Made by a program: the position numbers and the translations under genes. The notes under the pieces are model-generated. The model saw only the letters and a program-made list of their open reading frames with translations, was not told the DNA's origin and did no database searches. A DNA stretch of 64,000 nt from Verrucomicrobiota bacterium. GTDB lineage: Bacteria > Verrucomicrobiota > Verrucomicrobiia > Verrucomicrobiales > DEV007. Shown here in pieces: positions 52,080 through 61,347 of this stretch; within the stretch, counting starts at the first letter, position 1; each line of letters starts with the position of its first letter. The stretch covers positions 1 through 64,000 of the forward strand of contig JASFYY010000038.1 in the NCBI GenBank assembly GCA_045046875.1, in the 5' to 3' direction.

Positions 52080-52129
52080 GCCGCAGCCCCCACCCATCAA
52101 CAACACAACAACTTTCCCGCTAGAGGCCT

Positions 52130-52157
52130 GACCCTTTGAAATAGACCCTTTGAAATA
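52130..52157. repeat. Perfect 14-bp tandem direct repeat GACCCTTTGAAATA x2
   Basis: Copies at 52130-52143 and 52144-52157. Confidence 0.8.
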
Positions 52158-52391
52158 TTGGAAATCTTTGCGTGATACGGCTCCGATTACGCCTTCAACC
52201 AGCCCACGCAGCCCATCAATCCATTTCTACACAACAAAAGTTTTGGCATGAGGTCTGACCTCATCCAATTATGAAATTTGATTCGATCTTCTGCACTTTT
52301 TCCAAATGCTAGCAGAAAGCCCACTTCCTCACAGGCAGTCAAGATGACTGCTTGAAAATGCCTCCATTCTCGCTTATGAAAGGCAATATTT

Positions 52392-53147
52392 ATGACTGCA
52401 GATAACAGCAATCCGCTCTGGCAAGGGCTCAGTGCAAGCGCACAGAAGGCCTTGCAGACCCGTGACTACGCAAAAGCCGATCTCGCCACCCGTCTCGCTA
52501 CCACCGGAGTAGAAGCGGCCGAACTGGCTACCGATCAGGCCGGACCCAAAGCCGGACTCGAAAACGCTTGGATTCCCGGTGTAGAAATCTTTCACCGCCC
52601 CGTCTACCAGCAGCGTCACCGAGGCTGGTTCGCCGAATTTTCCCGCGAAAACGAAGGCCGCCTTAATGACATCGGTCTGTGGCCCCAACAGTGGGCCACC
52701 GCCACCATGTTCGCCAATACCGCCAAAGGCTTTCACATCCACCCACCTTCGATCCCGGAAGGGATCTCCCCCGCTGACTGGTTCCAAAAATTATATATCG
52801 AAGAACCGCAGTCTTATCAAGAGCGCCCCTATGCCCGCGAGCAATGGGACGCGATGTTTTTTGTCCAAGGCACCATCGAATTTTTCCTCGTCGAAGAGCG
52901 TGTCGGTCTGCCGCGCCGCGTGATGCGCTTCATCATCGAAGGCGACAATCGTCCCGGAGGCAGCAACATCGGACTGGTCATCCCGTCCGGAGTCGCCCAC
53001 GCCCTGCGCTGCGCCAGCTCCGAGAACGTCATTATGGTTTACGGCACCAGCACCTCCTTCGAACCCAGCTTCGAAGGCCGCCTCGCCAGCGATGTGGAAG
53101 AATCCCTGTTGCCCGAAGATTGGAAAACATACATCGAAAAAGGCTAA
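52392..53147 (+). CDS. RmlC-like cupin (dTDP-4-dehydrorhamnose 3,5-epimerase family)
   Basis: HRGWFAEF, AKGFHIH and LVIPSGVAHA correspond to RmlC motifs. Confidence 0.7.
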   Translation: MTADNSNPLWQGLSASAQKALQTRDYAKADLATRLATTGVEAAELATDQAGPKAGLENAWIPGVEIFHRPVYQQRHRGWFAEFSRENEGRLNDIGLWPQQWATATMFANTAKGFHIHPPSIPEGISPADWFQKLYIEEPQSYQERPYAREQWDAMFFVQGTIEFFLVEERVGLPRRVMRFIIEGDNRPGGSNIGLVIPSGVAHALRCASSENVIMVYGTSTSFEPSFEGRLASDVEESLLPEDWKTYIEKG

Positions 53148-53227
53148 GGAGCCTCTGTCATTCCCCGGCATTTTGGTCTTTTCACCATTAAGTCTCTTCA
53201 CTCCGGTATTAAAATCACATTATTGTT

Positions 53228-55132
53228 ATGGCTGAAAAACTCGCCCATCGGAAAATCTCTCACAAAGAGGTCGGCGGCATGTCCGCGGCAGAATACCGCG
53301 CCCACGCCAAGCTGGTTTATTTGCGTTTGCTCAGTTACGTCAAACCTCACAAAATGCGCTTCGCTATGGGAGTGTTTTTCGGGGTCGTATCGGGATTATT
53401 TTATTCGATACTCTTCCTAGTGATCCGAGTGGTATTTGATCTGGTATTAAATCCAAACTCCGACAAAGTTATTCGACCTTTTGAGGGATTTAAGTTCAAA
53501 TTCGGGCAAAATTTCGAGTTCACCCCTCCGGCTTTCATTACCGAACACGACTTGATATTCACTGCATTTGTGTGTGGCCTAGTTCCCTTGCTGATGCTGA
53601 TCAAAGGCCTGCTCACCTACCTGCACATGTATTATATGTTATGGATAGGGAATAAAGTGCTTTTCCGGCTGCGCGATGAATCTTTCGGCAATCTGGTCAA
53701 CCAATCGCTCAAGTTTTACAGCCACGCCCGTCAAGGTGAGCTGATGCAAACCGTCTTTAACCAAACCCGCATGGCCTCCTCCGCAGGAACCGATCTCGCT
53801 TCAGCAATGATCAAGCATCCAGTTTCTGTCATCACCATCCTGGCGATGCTGCTGCTGAAAAATCCTGTTTACACCTTCGGTGCGGTGGTGGTTTTCCCGC
53901 TCTGTTTGCTGCCGGTCATCTATATCAGCAGAAAAGTCCGCAAAGCAGGAGGCAAAGAAGAAGAAGAGGCAGGCATGCTGATGGTCACCATGCAGGAAGC
54001 CTTTTCAGGCATCAAGGTAGTTAAAGCCCACGCCCGTGAAGACTTTGAAAGCAACCGCTTCAATAAAGCCAGCCAGAGAATGCTGGACTTCATCATGCGC
54101 TGGCGCAAAGCGATCGAAATCGTCGGGCCGCTGGTGGAAACCGTCGCTTCAGTAGGCATCGCCGTCGGTTTGGTTTACGCCAAAATGACGGGCATGCCGA
54201 CCAAGGATTTTCTAGTCCTGAACTTCATGCTGATGGCAATGTACCCGCACGCCAAAGCCCTTTCCAGAATCCAAGTCTCACTGCAAAAATGTATCGTCGC
54301 TACCTCGAAGGTATTTGAAATCATCGACATGAAACCCGATGTGGCAGATGCCCCGGACGCCATCAAACTGAAAAAACCCGAAGGCCCCCTGGTATTCAAC
54401 GACGTTTCATTCGCCTACGTCCCCGGCACTCCCGCCGTGGAAAATGTCTCGCTCACCTTTGAACCTGGGAAATTTTATGCCCTGGTCGGCAAAAGCGGGT
54501 CCGGAAAATCGACCATGTTGTCGCTGATGATGCGTTTTTACGATCCCACGTCCGGATCCATTTCACTGGGTGACACCGACATCCGCAAATACACCCAGAG
54601 CTCCCTACGCGACCAAATGGGGCTGGTTCTGCAAGAAACCTTCCTGTTTCACGATTCGATCTACAACAACATCCTCTACGGCCGCCTCGACGCGACCAAG
54701 GATGAAGTTGTCGCCGCGGCAAAAATGGCACACTCCCATGAGTTCATCATGGAAAAAGAAAAAGGCTACGACACCGTCTGCGGCGACAAAGGTGCCCAGC
54801 TCTCCGGTGGGCAGCAGCAACGCCTCTCCATCGCTCGCTCTATCCTACGCAATGCTCCGATTCTACTGCTGGACGAGGCCATGTCCTCTCTGGATTCTGA
54901 ATCAGAAAAAAAAGTTCAGGAAGCAATCGAAAAACTCGAAAAAGGCAAAACCGTAATCGCCATCGCCCACCGCCTCTCAACCATCCTCAATGCCGATCAG
55001 ATCATCGTCATGGATCAAGGACGAGTCGAAGCCGTCGGACCTCATAAAGAACTACTGGAGAAATCAGCCATCTACAAAAACCTCTACAATCTGCAATTTC
55101 ACAATCATCAGGAAAAAACTACCCCTTCCTAG
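53228..55132 (+). CDS. MsbA-like ABC exporter (TMD+NBD)
   Basis: N-terminal TM domain; GKSGSGKST, LSGGQQQR, LLLDEA, IAHRLSTI. Confidence 0.92.
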   Translation: MAEKLAHRKISHKEVGGMSAAEYRAHAKLVYLRLLSYVKPHKMRFAMGVFFGVVSGLFYSILFLVIRVVFDLVLNPNSDKVIRPFEGFKFKFGQNFEFTPPAFITEHDLIFTAFVCGLVPLLMLIKGLLTYLHMYYMLWIGNKVLFRLRDESFGNLVNQSLKFYSHARQGELMQTVFNQTRMASSAGTDLASAMIKHPVSVITILAMLLLKNPVYTFGAVVVFPLCLLPVIYISRKVRKAGGKEEEEAGMLMVTMQEAFSGIKVVKAHAREDFESNRFNKASQRMLDFIMRWRKAIEIVGPLVETVASVGIAVGLVYAKMTGMPTKDFLVLNFMLMAMYPHAKALSRIQVSLQKCIVATSKVFEIIDMKPDVADAPDAIKLKKPEGPLVFNDVSFAYVPGTPAVENVSLTFEPGKFYALVGKSGSGKSTMLSLMMRFYDPTSGSISLGDTDIRKYTQSSLRDQMGLVLQETFLFHDSIYNNILYGRLDATKDEVVAAAKMAHSHEFIMEKEKGYDTVCGDKGAQLSGGQQQRLSIARSILRNAPILLLDEAMSSLDSESEKKVQEAIEKLEKGKTVIAIAHRLSTILNADQIIVMDQGRVEAVGPHKELLEKSAIYKNLYNLQFHNHQEKTTPS

Positions 55133-55173
55133 TCACATTGTGATATAGTGCCGACCCGCACATTCAGACCAAC

Positions 55174-55563
55174 ATGACCACCCTCACCAGTCCCGACATT
55201 TCATCCTCCCGCCACACTGATCTTTTGGAGGGAACAGGCATCTCCCTGTCCTCTCGTTGGTCCTCCGGTGGTTATGAAAAGGAAGTCGTCGATGCCGTTT
55301 GGGAGCTGGCAGAAAAGATCGAAGGCAATGATTGCGCCCTGTGGCGCAAAGACGAATGTGGCGCCTGGATCAACAAACTCGAATACGGCAAACGCCATTC
55401 TTCTTTTGGCTGGGAGATCTGTGACCTCAGTCTCGGACGCCGCCCCGGCACCCTCAGTGCCCTGCGCCCGATGCAGTGGGAAAATTACGTTGATCACATC
55501 GCAGCGATCACCCAAAGCCGGGTCACAGCCGACGGTCTGCGCAATGTTAGAAAATTAATCTGA
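55174..55563 (+). CDS. Degenerate HNH-endonuclease-like protein
   Basis: VWE........WRKDECGAWI....YG...S.FGWEI....L.PMQWEN matches a small HNH family, but WEICD replaces WEIDH. Confidence 0.65.
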   Translation: MTTLTSPDISSSRHTDLLEGTGISLSSRWSSGGYEKEVVDAVWELAEKIEGNDCALWRKDECGAWINKLEYGKRHSSFGWEICDLSLGRRPGTLSALRPMQWENYVDHIAAITQSRVTADGLRNVRKLI

Positions 55564-55640
55564 CTCCAAAAGCCCTCAAGGCAAATCCTCCGACGCCCCG
55601 GCTACTCAAACCCCATTCACTCACGCGCCAGAAACCCAAA

Positions 55641-57515
55641 ATGCAGAACTTTTTCCGCGTCGCCCTATCTGCTTTCCTGAGACTTTTCTATAAAATCGAT
55701 TCCACTCACATGGATCGACTACCCAAAAACGGTGGTGTGTTGATGATCGCCAATCATGTCAGTTACATCGACTGGCTGGTGCTCAGCCTGGCCTGCCCCC
55801 GCCCCATTCGCTTCATCCTCAACGAACGTTTTGTCAACATGCCTATCGCCGGCTGGTTCACCCGACTGTTTTCCAGCCTGCCAGTCGATCCACGCCGCAC
55901 CCGTGCTGTGATTCGCAAAACCTGTGAAGCGATCAGCAACGGTGACATTGTCTGCATCTTTCCCGAAGGCCAACTCTCCCGCAGCGGAGTGATGAACGAA
56001 TTGATCAAAGGGTTCACCCTGATCGCCTCACAAGCCAAAGCCCCGATCCAACCCGTTTATATCGACTCCATGTGGGGCTCGGTTTTCTCCTTCGAACGCA
56101 ACCGCTTCTTCAAAAAACGCCCGCTGCACCTGCGCTATCCCGTCACCATCAACCTAGGCGAACTCATCCCCTACGAAAACGCCAGCCCGGAAGCCGCTCG
56201 CGAAGCCCTGCTCGCCCTGTCAGCAGAATCGCTGGGCAACCGCCCCGAAATAAAACAACCGCTCGACCGCGCATTGGTCAGCGCCTTGAAAAAACGTCCC
56301 GGTGCCGTCTGTCTGATCGAGCAAGGTAAAAAAAAGCACGCGCTCAAACGAGAACAAATCCTCGGACTCTCCATCGCCCTGTCCCGTTATTGGAAAACAA
56401 GCCTGGCCGATACGTCCGACAAGGTCGCTGTCTTCCTGCCCCCCGGAGCCGCCCCGACCTACATCAATCTCGGACTCATGATCGCCGGCAAAACACCCGT
56501 CAATCTGCCCTTCCAGCATCAACCCGATTTGGATCAACTGGCCGCCAAACTCGACCAGCACGGCATCACCACCCTGATCACCTCGCGCGCCTTTTTCCCT
56601 CAACTCGAAGCCTTGTTGCAATCGGAAAAACCCGCCTACCACTTGCTCGACATGCGCAGCGAGATCGACGCAGCCAGCGGAATCCGAGTGATGATGGAAC
56701 GCCTGCTCGCCCGCTTCGAACCCTTGTGGTCCACCCTCAAACGACTGGAGCTGGAAGACGGCTCCGACAAACAACAGCAAGCAAGCTTCGCTTTTGTGCC
56801 CCAAGTCTATCCTGCCCTGAGCACCAGCTCCGCAAAATCGCCAAAAACAGATTTTGGTGAAACGATATTTTTATCTGCCAGCAACATCCTCGCCCAAGTC
56901 CATCAACTGCGTTCCATCAACTTCCTGACCACTGGCGAGACCATCTTCAGCGAATCCCCGCTCAATACCATCGAAGGCGCCATGTTCTCACTGTTTCTAC
57001 CGGTATTTTCACACACCGCCGCCGCCATGCGCTCCTTCGGCCGCCAAACCCAGGGTGACTCCATCGAAAGCATCCTGCGCGAAAGCTCAGCCTCAAGCAT
57101 TCTCTTAACTGCCAAGCTACGCCAACAGATCCTCGCCGAAGAAAGCTGGCACCCGCAACTGAAAAAACAAATACGCCAGTTCCTCAGCTTCCAACTCCCC
57201 CCGGATACCAGCAACCTCACCCTCGCCGATCACACCGGCACCCCCGTATTGCAAGCCTACGCCCCCACCGACCTCGGGCGCATCCTCGCAGTCAGCATGG
57301 TCAATCCGCCGCGCGGTTCCGCCGTCAGCTTGGAACAACACGGCAACCTTCCCAATGCCGTAGGCAGACTGCTACCCGGCATCGCCGCGTCCCACACCGA
57401 AACTTGGAATCTGCAAAGCCCCACTCTCTCCGACCAGAAAAAACGTTACCCCTTGCCCACCGGCAGCCACATCGATAAAGAAGGTTTTGTTTTCCTCGAC
57501 ACGGAAGATACGTGA
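55641..57515 (+). CDS. Aas-like lysophospholipid acyltransferase with a degenerate AMP-binding domain
   Basis: NHVSYID and FPEG.LSR acyltransferase motifs. The C-terminal half keeps remnants (VGRLLPGI, IDKEGFVF) but has no SGST P-loop. Confidence 0.8.
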   Translation: MQNFFRVALSAFLRLFYKIDSTHMDRLPKNGGVLMIANHVSYIDWLVLSLACPRPIRFILNERFVNMPIAGWFTRLFSSLPVDPRRTRAVIRKTCEAISNGDIVCIFPEGQLSRSGVMNELIKGFTLIASQAKAPIQPVYIDSMWGSVFSFERNRFFKKRPLHLRYPVTINLGELIPYENASPEAAREALLALSAESLGNRPEIKQPLDRALVSALKKRPGAVCLIEQGKKKHALKREQILGLSIALSRYWKTSLADTSDKVAVFLPPGAAPTYINLGLMIAGKTPVNLPFQHQPDLDQLAAKLDQHGITTLITSRAFFPQLEALLQSEKPAYHLLDMRSEIDAASGIRVMMERLLARFEPLWSTLKRLELEDGSDKQQQASFAFVPQVYPALSTSSAKSPKTDFGETIFLSASNILAQVHQLRSINFLTTGETIFSESPLNTIEGAMFSLFLPVFSHTAAAMRSFGRQTQGDSIESILRESSASSILLTAKLRQQILAEESWHPQLKKQIRQFLSFQLPPDTSNLTLADHTGTPVLQAYAPTDLGRILAVSMVNPPRGSAVSLEQHGNLPNAVGRLLPGIAASHTETWNLQSPTLSDQKKRYPLPTGSHIDKEGFVFLDTEDT

Positions 57516-57535
57516 GGAAAATGGGGAAAATGGGG

Positions 57536-57725
57536 TCAGGGAAATGGGGTCAGGCAACAATTCTTGACAAATGCCCCCGCCATCCTCTTCACATCATTGC
57601 TCCAACCTACCGACCTCCATATAAAACCCGTCAGGGAAATGGGGTCAGGCAACAATTCTTGACAAATGCCCCCGCCATCCTCTTCACATCATTGCTCCAA
57701 CCTACCGACCTCCATATAAAACCCG
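57536..57725. repeat. Perfect 95-bp tandem duplication
   Basis: 57536-57630 is identical to 57631-57725. Confidence 0.95.
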
Positions 57726-58482
57726 GTGAATCCATACCTCTTCAACAAATCTTCAGCCGCTAAACTTTCTTCCCCTCTCAAGGGATCTCCGATCTGAAAA
57801 AGCTCACCTTCCTTTCCCAGAATCGCAATAAAGTGACCCACTTTACCCAAACGTACTCCGGCAATCGCAGGAAAATTAACCTCCGCATCCAAGCCCTCAC
57901 CGTGTCGGAATCGAACCGTCACCCCTCTTTTTCTCAGCGCCCGGGCCAAATACCAAGCTTCGGTTCCTCCCATATACGAATGAGCTTCAGCCGCCAACTG
58001 CGATTCCGTGACCTCCACTCCTAATGCTTTTAGAATCGTAGCACCAGAAGCCGCGCCGCAGGTTGATGATGTGCTCTGCAGGCAGACTCTCTCCATTCCA
58101 CAAATCCGTCATCCGTCCCTTGGGAATAGGCCCCATAAAAGGTTTGCTGAACGGAACAAGAGTAAACACCACCACAAACAACAAAAGGTAGGGTGAGAAA
58201 AATCCGTGGCAGCAGCGCAGCAAACAGCCCCCCGCAAATCCCAATAAATACGATCAACACCTCTGTGCCAGGCACGCTCCTAAATTGATAATAACCACTC
58301 GACTCGGGAAAAAGGTGAACGTAATAAATAGCAAAACTCGCACCCGGCAGAGCCAACACCATCGACAGCAAGACCAAAGCTGCCCGCCTCTTGAACTCCA
58401 ATTTTTGCCCATAACGATAAGCAACAGAAAAAGCAGCAAACGCTAACAACGCAAAAAAAACACCCAGCCAATTAGGATTCAT
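57689..58482 (-). pseudogene. Membrane-anchored C39 peptidase-like gene with two apparent frameshifts
   Basis: The TM N-terminus (frame of 58482), the middle LLFVVVFTLVPFSKPF and the C39 domain (CLQSTSSTCGAA...GHF...IGDPL) lie in three different frames. Removing one base near 58185 and one near 58090 gives a single ORF. Confidence 0.75.
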
Positions 58483-58494
58483 TTTTCAGGTGCA

Positions 58495-59385
58495 TCAATA
58501 ATCCCTCGCTAACAAATAGTCGGCAATTTCTCTCAACCGTTGCCCGCGTTTGCCAAAAATTTCCAGGGCCTGCATTGCTTTTGCGGTCAGTCTTTGGGCT
58601 TCCAACTTGGATTTTTCCAAACCCATCAGAGACGGATAGGTCGCCTTATCGGCTGCCTCATCCTTACCCGCGCTCTTACCCAACTTCTCCGACGTTTGCG
58701 TCACATCCAGAATATCGTCAATCACCTGAAAGGCCAAACCCAGCGACTGACCAAAAACCGTTAGCGCCTCCAACTTCTTAGCCGTGGCATTGGCGCTCAT
58801 TCCGCCATAACGAATGGAAGTCGTCAGCAAAGCTGCGGTTTTGCCCATGTGAATGCGTTTCAACTGAGCCAATGTCAGGCTCGCCCCCTTGCCCTCACCT
58901 TCCAAATCCAACACCTGCCCGGCGATCAATTTGCGACTGCCCGAAGTCTCCGCCAACTCCCGCACCAGTACCGCTGTGCCATAGCGCGGCTGCGGCTTGG
59001 CAGCTGCCACCATTTCAAAAGCAATCGTCAACAAAGCGTCGCCTGCCAGCACGGCAATGCCTTCACCGTATTTTTTGTGACTGGTGGGATTGCCACGACG
59101 AAAATCATCATCATCCATGCAAGGCAAATCATCGTGGATCAACGAGTAGGTGTGCAAACTTTCCACCGCTGCGGCCAGTGGAAGTGCATCCGCTTCATCT
59201 CCCCCGCAGGCTTCAGCCGCGGCCAGGCAAAGAATCGGTCGCAGGCGTTTGCCGCCGGCAAAAATGCTGTAGCGCATCGCCTGATGAATCGTCGCCGGAC
59301 TGGCATTGGCCGCTGGCAATCGTTGCCGCAACTCACGATCGATCAACTTTTGTTTCTCTGAAAGATAAGCCTTGAGGGTTTTCAT
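58495..59385 (-). CDS. ispA: Farnesyl/geranylgeranyl diphosphate synthase
   Basis: GGKRLRP, SLIHDDLPCMDDDDFRRG, FQVIDDILD, GKSAGKD. Confidence 0.95.
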   Translation of the reverse strand: MKTLKAYLSEKQKLIDRELRQRLPAANASPATIHQAMRYSIFAGGKRLRPILCLAAAEACGGDEADALPLAAAVESLHTYSLIHDDLPCMDDDDFRRGNPTSHKKYGEGIAVLAGDALLTIAFEMVAAAKPQPRYGTAVLVRELAETSGSRKLIAGQVLDLEGEGKGASLTLAQLKRIHMGKTAALLTTSIRYGGMSANATAKKLEALTVFGQSLGLAFQVIDDILDVTQTSEKLGKSAGKDEAADKATYPSLMGLEKSKLEAQRLTAKAMQALEIFGKRGQRLREIADYLLARDY

Positions 59386-59405
59386 CGTCACTAATTTTAA
59401 ATCGA

Positions 59406-60407
59406 TTACAGCAACTCCGCGATCTGCACGGCATTAAGCGCCGCGCCCTTCCTCACCTGATCGCCCACCACCCAGAAAGTCAGTCCGTTTTCGAACACCA
59501 GATCCTCACGAATGCGTCCCACCAGGCAATCATCGCCATTGGTCGAATCAAGCGGAGTCGGGTAAAGCGCCGCCAAACGATCGTCCACCAATTGCACCCC
59601 CGGAGCTGCTTCAATAGCCTCCCGGGCCGCTTCCACCGAACAGGCCTCATTAAACTCAGCAGTGATCGCCACCGCATGCGAACGATAAACCGGAACCCGC
59701 ACACAAGTCACCGAAGCCGTCAGACTATCGCTGTGCAGAATCTTGCGCCCCTCGTGGTGCATTTTCATCTCCTCTTTGGTGTAACCGTTGTCTTGAAAAA
59801 CATCAACATGCGGAATGACGTTAAAAGCAATCTGATGAGGGTAGACATTTTTTTCAATCGGAGAGCCCTCGACCAAGGCTGCCACTTGCTGCTCCAACTC
59901 CTGCATCCCCTGCGCCCCACTGCCTGACACCGCCTGGTAACTGGAAGCGATGATGTTTTTCACCCCACCAAAAACCTGATGCAAAGGGTTCAAACCCACC
60001 AACGAAATGATCGTGGTGCAGTTTGGATTAGCGATGATGCCCTCATGTTTCGCCGCGTCTTCGGGGTTCACTTCCGGAACCACCAGAGGCACTCCTTCGT
60101 CCATCCTGAAAGCCGATGAGTTATCGATCACCACCGCGCCTGCTGCCACCGCATGCCGCCCAAATTCCTGGGAAATGCCTGAGCCCGCACTGAACAAAGC
60201 CACATCCACTCCTTCGAACGAATCCGGCGTCAACTCCTGCACTTCGATTTCGCCGTCCTTGAACGGCAAAAGCTTGCCCGCCGAACGCGCCGACGCCAAC
60301 AGAGTGATCTCCGAGGCTGGAAAATCCCGCTGCTCGAGACATCTCAACATCTCAGTTCCAACCGCTCCTGTGGCTCCCGCCACCGCTATGTGTAATTTTT
60401 TGCTCAT
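59406..60407 (-). CDS. asd: Aspartate-semialdehyde dehydrogenase
   Basis: GATGAVG, IDNSSAFRM, IANPNCTT, TCVRVPV, RKGAALNAVQIAE. Confidence 0.97.
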   Translation of the reverse strand: MSKKLHIAVAGATGAVGTEMLRCLEQRDFPASEITLLASARSAGKLLPFKDGEIEVQELTPDSFEGVDVALFSAGSGISQEFGRHAVAAGAVVIDNSSAFRMDEGVPLVVPEVNPEDAAKHEGIIANPNCTTIISLVGLNPLHQVFGGVKNIIASSYQAVSGSGAQGMQELEQQVAALVEGSPIEKNVYPHQIAFNVIPHVDVFQDNGYTKEEMKMHHEGRKILHSDSLTASVTCVRVPVYRSHAVAITAEFNEACSVEAAREAIEAAPGVQLVDDRLAALYPTPLDSTNGDDCLVGRIREDLVFENGLTFWVVGDQVRKGAALNAVQIAELL

Positions 60408-60557
60408 TGATAGGCTCCCTCAAAAAAGGGTGCCACTCTAGCCTCGAACCCGCATTTTGCAAACCCACTTGTCCGAACTCTTACTTATCCAGCAAAAGCG
60501 TAAAAGTTTGAAAAATAAAACAATTAAGCGCTGATTCCACTGCTGGCACAGATAGCG

Positions 60558-60579
60558 AAGTCGTAAGAAATTACGACTT
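60558..60579. terminator. Hairpin AAGTCGTAA-N4-TTACGACTT downstream of the 60611 gene
   Basis: 9-bp perfect arms; no clear U-tract. Confidence 0.4.
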
Positions 60580-60610
60580 AAAACCTATTGCCTCATTCCA
60601 ACTTCCACCC

Positions 60611-61306
60611 TCACTTCGCCGCCCGAACCTCAAAGTCATCATAAGAGACCCCCTTGCCCGGTGTAGCCATGCCCACCGATGATTTGGTCTCGTGAGCAAT
60701 GCCCTCCGATTTCAGTTCGACCACTTTTTTGCCGTCAATCGACACTGTCATGGTATCCCCTTTGGTTTGGATCAACAAATCATGCCACTTGTCCATTTTG
60801 AGTTCCACCGCAGTCTTGCTTGTTTTTGATTCCAACAATTTTTTGGTTTTTTCGTCTGGCTTGCCACCAGCTTTCCTTTTATCAAAAATCTCATTCTTAA
60901 AAACGCCGGTCTTTCCATCCGAAAGCATCACCATCTTAGGACTAAGCACCACTCGGCAAATATGACCGGCATGCGAACCTTTGTATTTATTATCATCAAA
61001 CTTGAGATTAAAACGCTTCGCATCCGTCCCGGAGAACCTGAACTTTACCGCCACCTGCATGTCCTGCCTGCCCTCGAACTTAATCGTATCCACAGCCTGG
61101 TGATCCGAGTCGGGTGAGGTGATGCCATAAAACACCCCGCCCTTCACCTCACTCGCACTTTTATAGTGCTTCCACCTCTCACCAAAACCCTCACTGGAAA
61201 AGTCATCCTCAAAGATCAGCTCATTATAATAAGACTTATCATCAGCCTGCACTCCAGCGACCAACAAAGCCATTCCCCCCATCAACATAATCAGATTTTT
61301 TTTCAT
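60611..61306 (-). CDS. Exported hypothetical protein, ConA/DUF1080-like beta-sandwich
   Basis: Signal peptide; LIFEDDF, HAGHIC, WHDL.I..KGD.MTVSIDGK, GIAH.TK. Confidence 0.7.
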   Translation of the reverse strand: MKKNLIMLMGGMALLVAGVQADDKSYYNELIFEDDFSSEGFGERWKHYKSASEVKGGVFYGITSPDSDHQAVDTIKFEGRQDMQVAVKFRFSGTDAKRFNLKFDDNKYKGSHAGHICRVVLSPKMVMLSDGKTGVFKNEIFDKRKAGGKPDEKTKKLLESKTSKTAVELKMDKWHDLLIQTKGDTMTVSIDGKKVVELKSEGIAHETKSSVGMATPGKGVSYDDFEVRAAK

Positions 61307-61347
61307 AACTTCTATCCAAACATCTATTGTAATTCCCGCCAGGCTCC

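Noticed and set aside
52187..52411. 74-aa minus-strand ORF upstream of the RmlC-like gene
   Set aside because: It has no motif, overlaps the RmlC-like start, and is more likely promoter or intergenic DNA.
57536..57725. Possible CRISPR array
   Set aside because: There are only two contiguous identical 95-bp units, with no spacers and no cas genes.
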